Source of the DNA: Lama guanicoe
Taxonomy: Eukaryota
Direction of reading: 5' to 3'
Assembly (NCBI GenBank): GCA_013239625.1
Contig: MU054391.1
Span: 1,428,001-1,484,754, forward strand
DNA length: 56,754 bases
Under the pieces are notes generated by a model, which did not search any database, was not told where the DNA came from, and was given only the letters and a program-made list of their open reading frames with translations. Shown piece by piece: positions 12,113 through 22,918 of this stretch. The position numbers were made by a program, and so were the translations under genes. The stretch's first letter is position 1. Every line of letters begins with the position of its first letter.

Positions 12113-15100
12113 TGAAGCACTTAGTCACTCACACCCAAGCGCTGGCACTCTTACCAGGCAGTGCCTGTGGCTCGTCTGATGAGACCTCAGTCTGCTTGTT
12201 GCGAACGTGTCCAGCATGAGCCTGAGGCTGGTCCTGAGACCTGGGGGTAGACAGCCAGTCCCAGAACAGGAGAGGGCCACAGGGCCAGTGGTACCGTGGC
12301 TGGGGCCCTGGCAACACCAGACTGGGTTCTGCAGCTTCGAGACAGGCCAGGCACCTTCTGGTCCCCGGAACCATCCCCACGGAGCCCTAGTTTGTCTTGT
12401 TTTATGCCAGTAACACTCTTCAAAGGGAAAGACAAAGACCGCGTCAGCATCGCTCAAACAGCAGGCGCAACACAGACACGGCAGAGGTGCCGCCTGCTGC
12501 TCGGGACGCCAGACGTGCGTGGACCGCGAACCTGTTTGCTCCCTGTCCTGTTGCCATAGCGATGGGCTGGGAAACACAGGAATAAATCGCAGAAGGCCGC
12601 GGACCTTCTTCTCAAGGGCCCCCATGACTGTGAGAGCCCCTTCCCTGGGGGGCAACAGAGGACTGTCCCTCTAACCCCGCCCCGGTTCTGCCCCAGAGCC
12701 CCAGCCCGGGCTGTCACGAGCGCCCAGGGATCAGACAGAACCAAAACTCCCCGGGACCTACCCCAGCGCCTGCTCCTGCTGGTGACCCTTGAACATCAGA
12801 GAATCTGAGCCCCCAGTGTGGTTTAAATAAAACACTCGCCTCATTCCTCTGCCATCAGACGAGTGCCAGGTTACTAATCTCACTGGACAATCAGGTACCG
12901 AAGCCCAGAAACTCAGGAGTTTAACCAAAGTCACCCAGGGGCAGAGCAGTGAGCGAGGGCCTTGCTACACGGCCTGACCCAAACTCTCGTTCCTCACGGC
13001 TGGCCCGTCCCCCCGCAGGCTTCTTCTTCAAGCTTCCATGTCTTTTGATATGAAATGACATCGAATTATCTCCAGAGGTCGGCCGGGGAGGTGCCATGAC
13101 GTGGTCGTGCTTGGAAGAACTCCCCTATCTTTTAGGGGTACACTTGAAGCCCTTATAGGAGAAAGGCTATATCTGGGATTGACTTCAAAATATTCTCGCA
13201 GAAGAAAAACAAGCGGTAGGTGGAGGGACAGAGCTTCCCGAAGGGGACGCCGGGTGGGGGCGGGGGGTGGGGGGCAGCAGGGCGTTCGCTGAGATCCTCT
13301 CTCTTCTTCAGTGTATGTGACGTTTTCCATAACATAAAATTAGAAAGAGGAAAACAACACATAAAATAAAATGAAACCACCTCCACGGTTGCTCCCAGGA
13401 TCTTTCAGGGTTTGTTGAGCACCTGCTGTGTGCAGGCTTCTGGCCAGTGCTGGGGAAGGCGGGAGGGTAGGAGGGGGCCCCAGTGAGGGACCCGGGCAGC
13501 CTGGGGAGGAGTCCGAGGGAGAACAGGGTGCTCTTCACGTCCAAGGGGCCTTCGATGGACTGTGGTCTGATTCAGTTGACTTATCTGCCCCCTTTTACTT
13601 CGTGCTTTGTCAGAATTCAGGACGGAGGAGGTGCCTTTTGGGAAGAAAGCCTGAGGCGAGGGCAGAGGGAGCCCGCCTCTGGGGAGGCGCTCGCTTGCTA
13701 CTTGAGGTGGAGAGGGAGGGAGCCGCGCTCTGCGGGGGCCCTGGTCCAGAAGAGCCAGCGGGGATGGGGAGGAGGCCAGGAAAGGCTGCCCAGGGGGGCT
13801 CAGCGCCACTCAGGAAGGTTCTGGAAGAAGCTGGACTTCCCAAGGAAATGGAAACCAGTGGGTGATGAGGACCTGACCCCTCCTCCTGACACCACCCGGG
13901 TTTATGGCTCCTCATGACACCTCCGTAGCCTCCGAGGGACAGAGCTGCAAAATGAACCAAGAACTCCAGTACCCCAGATTTTTCCCGAATAAGACGTTAC
14001 CATTATAGAAAAGGTAGAAGATACAGACCAATCACAGAAAGTCCAGTCAAGCAAGCAGCCCCAGACCCCCCGCCCTGGCATCTCTCCTTCCAGACTTTCC
14101 TCCTGCAGATGTGTTCAGACAGGCATGTTTCTACCAGGATGGGCTCACAGCACACATACAACTTACTACCCACCTTTTTCACCTGCATTTAAATATAAGC
14201 AGATTTCCACGGCACCGCATGTGCACCCGAACGCAGGCTGATCCTCACTCACTTCCTCTTTGAGGAGAAACACACGTGCATTTTGCACTCCCTCGAGGAT
14301 AACGGGGAGGCCCCACGCACTCCAGTAGGGAGAAGGAAGGTGGCAGCTGAGGGACGTGGGAGGATGAGGGGCCGAGCAGGCACAGGGACGGCGGACAGCA
14401 GCGGCGGGGTCGTGGGCCCCCCGGGCTGGTGTGCGGAGGAGGACACTGGGTCCTGGAGCCAGCAGGTGTGGGCATGGGCCACGGAGAGGCCGGTGCCCAT
14501 GCCCGGAGGCCCCCTCTCGGGGGCACAGACCGCCTTTCTTCATCACTAACAGGAAAAGAATGCAGGTAATCAGTGTCACATGCTTCACTCAAAGAACTGC
14601 CAAAGGGACTTGCGCTTCAACCCTGAAGGAAACGTCACACACATAGTTACGTGGAGTTGAGCCACTCAGCTGGGGCTCGGACCATGAAAACACAGACTTG
14701 CAGGGGAGAAGGGTCCGCTACAATCCCTTATTTCTGAGATGAGGAATTTCGAGGCCCAGATGTTTCGGAACCAGCCCACATCTCACAGTGAGCTTCAGAA
14801 CTGGACCCGGTGCCAGGATTGCCCGGATCGCCTGGTTGGCACCTGTGGCCCCTCGGTGCCCTCTGTCCCCAGGATGTTTGCTCCCACACACGCTCCCCCT
14901 CCTCCAGGAGGGGCACCAAAAGGAGACTCGGCTACTTCAACACTGACAGAATGTCTTCAAGTGACCTTCGAACATGTTCCCCGGTCTGTCAGCTGGTCAT
15001 GATCCCCTGGGAACGGTCAGTGGCTGGTCCCTGCTGGAGCACACACCTCCTGCTGGCAGGCTCTCTCTGCACACACACAGTTCCGGGCTGTCGAGTCAGG

Positions 15101-17320
15101 TTCCCTGCTAAGAGGAACCAGCCAGAACCACGGCCCAGGGGAGTGACACAACACCCCAAGGAAGGGGTCAGGCTGCTTCGCCCCAAGGTGCTAAATACAA
15201 AGCGCATATTTGCCCAAGCCTGACCAGCAGGACACCTTCACCCCCACCCACCAGACAGGACCCCGTTCCCTGACACCCACTCTCCCGTAAGAGGTGCTCA
15301 TGGAGGCAGCCTGGGTAGTGAGGGAATCCCCACTGAGTCACACGGGGGACAAAACGAGAGACGTGCCAAGCACTGCCTTCCGGGACAAAGCCAAATCCCA
15401 GTCAGCGCGTGCCTCCGGCCTCGCCGAGAACCACTCACTGTCCAGGGAGGGACAGGACGCAGAGGCTGGGCCAGCCCCGCGCCGCCCACGTCTGGCTCAG
15501 AGAGCACCTTCTCCGAGGACCCCGAGGCTGCGTGGCCCGCCCCCTGCCTTCCCCACACAACTCCGTGGCGCCAGCAGAACACAGCAACAGTTACATACAT
15601 TCACAGCCGCTTCACGTGTGTTACTGTTATTCACACAACTCTTAGGGGTGGAACACCTTGCCCTGATCAATTATGTGGCTCACACAGAGGGCCAGGGACT
15701 TGATGGACACCCACGGATCGCTTGATTGTTATCATTAAACCTTAGGAGGATGCGTGGGTGTGAAAATCCTTTACTCTAAATCAGATCGGATTCTGCTCAC
15801 AAGATTCCACAGGGCCTCGCGGGTGCCTGAGACGAGTGACCGCGCCCGCTCCCCACACGCTTCTCTTCCTAAACTGCTTATTTGACAAAGACGATCCCCT
15901 TTGCTACAACGCCCCCTTTGTCCAGGAGCAGCTCCCCCTGACCTGCCCCCCAACGGCTGTTGGTCTCCCCTGGCGTGTGACCCAGACCAGGCCAAGCAGA
16001 GCCTCCTCTGCTTGGTTCAACAGGAGGATTTCAGAATAGCCTCCATTTTTCAAGGTAAACGTCCCGTCTTCACATAAAGGTCATTTCGGCGGGAACCGCC
16101 CTGCCTCTTCCCTCTGTCAGCTGGTGTAATCGATTCTGTAACTGACGGAGTCTCACATGCCAGGAACTTACAACCAAGGAAACGGCGATGGACAAAAGCA
16201 GGGGCAAGGCGGGCAGAGGGAGGCGGAGTCCTGAGACGCTCGGCCAGGACCCCGGTCCGCACGGTGGCCTCAGCCCAAGCCGGGGTGGGGCTCGGTTCCG
16301 GCCTCTGCGCCCCTCACCAGCTTGGCCCCTGTCCTGGTCATTACACCCTGCGTGTCCTCTTCCATGGGGCCCCTGCAGCATGCAGCTCAGACTGCTGTGA
16401 TGGGGGCACCGTGAGCCTTTGACAGAGGGCAGCAGAGGGGAAACCCCCAAAACACGGGCAAACCGGTCACACTCAAGGACGTCTTCCTTTGCATTTTTCT
16501 TAGTAAGACAACAGTGGTAACTCCCACTGCTGCGTGCCGACCGTGAGGCAGGCGCGGGATGAGGCGGGCACTGCTTTATCTGACTCAGTTCCTCGTTACC
16601 ACCGAGAGACGGTGAGGGCGCCCTGTGCTCTAGGAGGAAACAGGATCGCTGAGGCTGTCTCTCTGAGGATCACAGGTGAGACCGACGGAGCCACAGTGCT
16701 GCTCTACGTCCGCCTCACCCCTTCTGCTCCCTGAGGTCTATGGGAAGAGCCGGTCTGAGCAGGGTCCAGGCAGGGTGGACCTCTCGGGAGCCCAGGTGCT
16801 GGGAGGAGCCAGGAAGGAGGACACCTGGGGAGCCCAGGTGCTGCGAGGAGTCCCAGGCTGGAGGGGCTGAACAGACAGCCAAACCCCAAGGTGTTCCGCC
16901 TGCTCTTCAACAGCTCGAGTGGAGGGCTGTCCGGTGACATCTCTCCCGTTAGGTATTCCACCACACCTGAGCGCCACAGCACCCCAGGAAACCCGGGCTG
17001 CAGCTAACGTCAGCCCTGCGCAGGGGAGAACGGCGCACCCTCCACAGGGAAGAACGGTGCAGTGCATCCTCCTGCAGGGAGCGCCTTCCCCACCACACTG
17101 TCTCTCCCAGCCTCTCTGTGCCTGCCGTTCATGCCCTTGCTGAAAACCTAACAAATGTCTGGACAGATTAATAAACGTCGGGCATCGGGCTGAAGAGGCT
17201 GCAGAGTGAGGAGAAAGAGGAAGGAGGTTTTCCCAGGGTGGGAAGGCAGCCCAGGGCGGAGGGGCGGCAGAGGCTCAGAGGCCCCCTGCAGGTGCTCATG
17301 CCCACAAACCCCCACAACTC

Positions 17321-17340
17321 TCCTGCAGCAGGGGGCGCCC
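17321..17340 (+). promoter_or_regulatory. CTCF consensus motif (TGCAGCAGGGGGCGCC)
   Basis: Close match to the CCASYAGRKGGCR core; binding untested. Confidence 0.5.
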
Positions 17341-17364
17341 CGCCTTTGTTGTAAGGGCTCAACA

Positions 17365-17800
17365 CCAGTTATCTGTTGTACTGGTCATCCACCGCCGTGA
17401 CAGTGCTAGTTCTGTGGGCAAACCACCCCAGACTCGGGGCTCTAAACAACTTCCATCCGTCAGCACGCACGGTCCACGCGTCTGCCGGGCAGCTCTGCGG
17501 TTCTGGGCTGCAAAGCCCATGCCCTGAGATCCCGCCTGCCCCTGTCTGGTCTGGGACAGCTCCGCCCAGAGGACTTAGCTTTCCTCCGCCCACCCCTCAC
17601 ATCCCTCCAGCCAGCTAACCTGGCACATGCGTACAGCAACGGCCGGGGTCCAGAGGAAAGGTCGCTGCCAGCAGAAGCTCACAGCATCTGTGCATCTGTG
17701 GACATCCAGATGCTCAGTCCCAAGGAAAATCAGCTAAGGCAGTGGCCAAGCCAGCGTCTGAGCAGAACAAGATTGTTCAAAGAAGGGAAGTCACACAGAG
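17365..17800. mobile_element. Degraded MaLR (MLT1-type) LTR
   Basis: 'aaaccaccccagactcggggctctaaacaac..tctgccgggcagctctgc' resembles MLT1 LTR relics. Confidence 0.5.
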
Positions 17801-17944
17801 AAAAGATACGAACAGTGGATGCTCCCAAGTCGTCCTGGTTACTTGCTGTGCTGTTCACACCCGGCCGGCCCGCCTGCTGTGCGGTGTTATACAAGGAGGT
17901 CCAGCACGTGCACACTCACACTGCACACGCTGGCACAGCTGGGC

Positions 17945-18178
17945 CACTGTGGGTACAGCGCTGCTGCGTTTGAACCCTGGCTCCACCACTTGCTAGGTGA
18001 CAGACTTTGGCCAGTTTATGCAATTTCCCTGTTTATGCTTCCCATCCCTCATCTGTAAAATAGGGACAAGAATCTACCTGCCTCAGGAGGTTAGAGCAAA
18101 ACAGATACAACACGTGAAACACACCCAACAGTGCCTGCCACAGAGTAAGGGGTCAGTGAGCGCTGAGTGTTATCATTA
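17945..18178 (+). mobile_element. MIR SINE
   Basis: MIR core 'cctggctccaccacttgctag..ctcatctgtaaaatagggacaagaatctacctgcctcagga..acagtgcctgccacagagtaag'. Confidence 0.85.
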
Positions 18179-18182
18179 CCAG

Positions 18183-18383
18183 GTCATGATGATGGTGGTG
18201 GAGGTGATGGTGGTGATGGTGATGGTGATGATAATGGTGGTGGTGGTGATGGTGATGACGTGATGATGATGGTGATGTGGTGGTGATGGTGATGGTGATG
18301 ATAATGGTGGTGGTGGTGATGGTGATGACGTGATGATGATGATAAGGGTAGTGACCATGACGGTAATGATGATGATGTCATCA
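18183..18383. repeat. (GAT/GGT)n trinucleotide low-complexity tract at the MIR tail
   Basis: gatggt repeats with an internal duplication of about 55 bp ('gatggtgatggtgatgataatggtggtggtggtgatggtgatgacgtgatgatgat'). Confidence 0.95.
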
Positions 18384-20309
18384 TGTGTTTTTATTTCCCA
18401 CCCTAACTCCCTTACTTCTTCCCTTCACTTTTCTAAATTCTGTTTATCCTAACTTCAGTTCTTACAATATTGGCATGAGTTTTCTAAATGAAAATGTATG
18501 TGTACACCTTGCTTTTCTCAACAGGAGTGAAATACCACTAATTAATGGGCAAAGGATTCAAAAATGCTCCTCATTTCATCCAATGAAAAAGATATTAAAA
18601 CTTAAAATTTCATCTCAGCAGAGCCGTTCACACAGCAATCCCAAATTAAAGATGTGGGGCTTGCAAAATAGGAAATGACAGGCTTTTTGATTTGGAACGT
18701 GGTGAATTATGGTTTGTGATAATCATATATGGATTTGAGGTATCTGAAATGAAAATATAAATCACATTACTCATGATCACAAACAATACGAGAACTTTCA
18801 TGCTCATTTTACACAGTTGTTTTCCTTTAATATAACAGGCAGTGTGTTCACATCTCAACACATGGCTTGACAAATATGACACACTTGGAAGAACTTCACA
18901 TTTTTGGCAACCTCCAGGTTTTAACGGTTTAGTTTCTACGGAACGTTTAAAGGCAGTGACTAGTATTTTACTTTGTTACTTCCACTGCCATTTATACTGG
19001 AAAACTGGTTTCAAAGAGGAAAGTACAGTTTTCTTTCTGAATCCGGCAGAGTACCCCTAGTCAATTAAAACCTGTGTCTCTGTGGCTCCAGCAGCATCTG
19101 AATGTTCCTTTGTGGGGTCTGCCCTGCAAGAAGTAAGATTTGGTGTTGGCGTCTCCTAGACTCTTGGACATTCTATCTGCAGGCATTTCCTAGGTGCCAA
19201 TCCACAGCCAGGTTCCTCAATGGTCATTGGAGGGCACAGAGGAGTTACACTCAACTCTCGCTGCGGGAGGCGCCCAGCCCAGAGAGGACGGCAGGCTTGG
19301 TCAGTTAGGACAGTGCAGTGGACTCGGTGGGCGGTGCATGCGGATGGCCCACGGAAGCACATGCATTGGCGTTTCCGATCCACTCTGGCCCGTCAGCCCC
19401 TTCGCTGCCTCACTTCTTACGTCGCCGACAGTCAGTCCCGGCACCTGCTCAGGATGAGACGGAGCAGCTCCCAGGACCAGAGAATTTAGTGCTTCAAGCC
19501 CAGAAGGGAGTGGCCACCTCACCTGGTGAGTCTGGCCGCGGGAGAGGACAGTTTCCTCGCTGACCTCCTAAATCCCTCTCTCAAGGGGGTAAGAATGGGC
19601 ATCTCCTGAAGAACGGTGAACGACACCTGGCACGTCGCCAACTACGCTGGCCGGGGTCCCAGCGGGGGGCGCTCATCCCACAGGGGCGACTCAAAGGACA
19701 CTATCAAAGGCACTATCCGTAACGGTGTGGATGGGCTTAAAGGAAATGAAGTGGGATGAGGAAGCAGCCGGGGCTGGGGACAGTGGTCTCTAAGCCCTGG
19801 GGGCAAGGGGAGGGGGCTGTTGTTGGTGAGAGCTGCCGCCCTCCATGGCCCCCTGGCTGGGAAGGAGCTGGGATGACACCTGACTGCCAACCTCCCCTTG
19901 CTGGGCACCCTGTCCCCTGGAGGTCAAGGGTGGGGGGCCAGACGGTCCAGCCCTTCCAGGCTGCCCCCAGCAAGGAGCTGAGTGGGGAGGACACACAGTA
20001 GGGCAGTGGGGAAATGGAGACCATCCCACTAGTGAATAAATTACGAATTCTCAAGATGCTCAAGTCTCCACTATTTGCCCCATGTAGGCTTGGCAGTGGA
20101 GGCGAGAACAGAGAGAGGGAGTGACTTCTTGGCCTCGAGGTGGAGGGGACAATGGTGGCAGCCAGGCAGCCTAGACCCTCTCCACCCACTCTTGCTGCCA
20201 CAGGTGGGGGCAGCGTCCACAGCTCCCCAGACCAGCCGGCCGACTCCAGGGCCTCTTGACCTTCCTTGCCCTCAGAGGGAGGTGGTCCTGTGTGCTGGTG
20301 GAGGAGGTG

Positions 20310-20909
20310 CTGTTGGTTAAAGAAAAGCGCACAACATGAGAGCTGTGACTTTAAGTCCAGTGAGGGCCTTGCTGGGGACTAGAGCCCGGGAGACACCCGC
20401 TCAGTGGCTCTGAGGGCATCTCCCGAGAGGCACAGGGAGAAGGCCTTTCGCGTCCGGTCGTGGGCTCGGGACGACGTGCAGCAGTGCGCATCTCGGCGCA
20501 GCGCCGCTGCCCGTCACAGAGAACAGACCTGTCAAGCTGATGACTCAGTGCTTTTCCACATGGGGGACGATGCAAGAATACGGGATCATTAAAATTGTTC
20601 CTGGGAGGAGGGCGCAGCTCAGCGGCAGAGCCCATGCCTAGCACGCACAAGGTCCCGGGTTCAATCCCCAGCACCTCCAGTAAAAATGAATAAGTAAATA
20701 AACCTAATTACCTCCCCTGCAAAGAATTTTTTAAAACCCTTCCTGAGATGGACATCCAACCTGCTTGTCCAGAGCACAGAGAGCCTCGTCCTGTTTTCGC
20801 GCTAAGCTCCTCTCAGGGCGCCTGTTGGCCGGCGACTTCAGCGGCCACGGCTTGCTTAGTCCTTGTAGAGCCGGCTGCCGAGAGCCCTCTCTGTTCTCCT
20901 CTGTTTACA
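20310..20909 (-). mobile_element. ERV1 (MER41-like) solo LTR interrupted by a SINE
   Basis: TG..CA ends (tgttggttaaagaaaagcgcacaac ... ctctgtttaca); 'ctagagcccgggagac..ctcagtggctctgagg' and 'gtgcttttccacatgggggacgatgcaaga' match the second copy at 56.3-56.6 kb in opposite orientation. Confidence 0.7.
20603..20735 (+). mobile_element. Camelid tRNA-derived SINE (Vic-1 type) nested in the LTR
   Basis: gggaggagggcgcagctcagcggcagagcccatgcctagcacgcacaaggtcccgggttcaatccccagcacctcc..aaataaacctaattacctcccc; flanked by imperfect TSD taaaattgttcct / taaaacccttcct. Confidence 0.92.
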
Positions 20910-21170
20910 GCGTGTATGGGGAGGGGCGGGTATCGCAGAGAGAAGCAACAACACAAATAACCACAAGCCTGCTCCCCAGGGAGCTCCACTGGCTGGACAT
21001 GGATGTGCTAAAGTACTTAAATGGGCAAGAAGGAGAGCCGGTGGCTGAAAGGCTTCCGTTGGGCCCAGGGCTTCTGTCCCTGTATTCTTTCTCACCACCT
21101 GTGTTGGGGGACACTCTTTCTGTTTTTCCTTTTAGGAAAGAAAATAAAGTATGAACTCTGCCCAGGAAAG

Positions 21171-21707
21171 TGAGACAGGAGGGAGGGGGCAGGGCACACC
21201 CGCTGAAAGACTGGCGCAGCCGTTGAGGACAGGACGTGAACTGGTCAGGACCAACCAGGCCCGAGACGGCAGAAGATTTGACTTCCAGCCGGTCTTGAGC
21301 CCATTATACAGTCGTTACAATTTATCAGCATGGTGAATGCCACTCCCCAGGTCAGCTCCAAGGCTGACCATAAAAGGCCAAAAAGTGAGTGGCGGCCCAG
21401 GTCCTGGAAATCCTCGCCCTCTCCCCAAAACAGTTGGAAAAATCCTCCCCCTTGTTAGCATACAAAATTGCCCAGCCCATGGAAACTACCCTCCCCTGCA
21501 CCCCAAGGCCACTCCCCCTTCTGAGATGGACCACACTGTCTATGAAGTGTGCATCTCCCCAAATAAATCTACTTGTGCTCAACTGTGGTTCACTCTTGCA
21601 TTCTTTCCCACGTGAAAACCAAGGACCCTCACTTGGCGGGGTGCATCCCGGGGACTCGCCCGAGACCTGGGACACAGCCTTCCTGTCGTGACCATTTTCC
21701 TGCAACA
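21171..21707 (+). mobile_element. Solo ERV LTR (537 bp)
   Basis: Starts TGAGA and ends AACA; internal AATAAA at about 21562 followed by a U5-like region; flanks aaag / aagg approximate a 4-bp TSD. Confidence 0.8.
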
Positions 21708-22900
21708 AAGGTGAGAGGCGGGCAAGGAAGAGGACAGGCAGTCTGCGCGTGTGACACACAGCCCACGTCCGGGGCCCTCGTCGCGGAGGACAAGCCTGAT
21801 GCGGCGTGAAGTCAGTTTAAAGAAGGTTGGAAATCCTCTGCAAAGCTGCTTTCTCTTTTCCTAAAGAAGCCCTCCAGGGAGGGGACCCTTACCCCACCCG
21901 GGTTCCTGTGCCCTGGGCTCCACCTGCCTGTTTCCTGGGGTGTGTCCGCTCTCTGTGGGCAAACGGGCCGGCGGTATTCAAATCCCAGAAAAGAACGGGG
22001 TGAAGAAATGACAGAGGAGAATGTGATGTCCTGCAGTGGTCACGCTGGTGATGTGAGGCGGGGAAGGAAAGGATAATTGCTTTAGAGGAAAGTGCCTTTT
22101 CCCAAGGCTTTCTGAGAGCAACCCAGACTCTTTCATTAGTTAACTATCAGCACAGTTGGATCCCAAGGCAAACAAGCCGCTTGTCACTGTAGGGGTCATT
22201 TTTCTTGGGGACATTGAAAGCGATTTTAAAAAGTCATAAAGTATTTAAAGGGGAACTGCCAGGTCAGAAGTTAGACTTTTTAAAAAATGGTTTATATCTC
22301 TATTTCTCTACCTTCAAGGGCTAAGCGAACCCTCATACAAACCACTGTTTGTCGACATTCTGTTTTGGAAAACGTGCTTCGGGTGCTGCTGCTCTGCGAG
22401 GGCCGAGATACAACAGAGAACCAGGGCCTGACCTGGTGACGCCATCAGCAGCTGAGGCCGGAAGCCCGCCTGAGCACAGCTGGTGAAGCCCCCGAAGGGC
22501 AGCTGCCGGGGGAGACCCAGCCCTGACCCACAGCAGCCAGGGGCCCCGGCGCCCCGGGCCGGACGTTGCAGACGCAGCAGCATGTTCTCCCTGGGAAACC
22601 GCAGACACAGACCTGAATCGGCCACGGCCAACGAAGAAGAAACGAACGGTTCCGTGGGTGAAAAGCACTGCGGGCCGCATAAGCAAACAAAGGATGTTGC
22701 TGCCATCAAGTCATCACGTTGCAGCCGCCCAGCGGCGCCTCTGGAGGGGACTCAGACGGGAAGCGCAGACACTGGCCCAGACAGCTCGGGCGCGGATCAG
22801 AGGAGCGATGTCAATGAGCTCAGACCCTTGCGTCTGCCCATGCATGGAAAAGAGCTAAATTTTTTAACTTGAGATGTCAGTCTGCGTCCGACTCCACTGT

Positions 22901-22918
22901 CACCAGCAGGGGGAGCCC
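22901..22918 (+). promoter_or_regulatory. CTCF consensus motif (CACCAGCAGGGGGAGC)
   Basis: Close match to the CTCF core; binding untested. Confidence 0.45.

Noticed and set aside
20603..20680. tRNA-like sequences (also 9260-9334, 38221-38275, 51779-51855)
   Set aside because: Followed by the shared SINE tail or a TSD and diverged in the stems; SINEs, not tRNA genes
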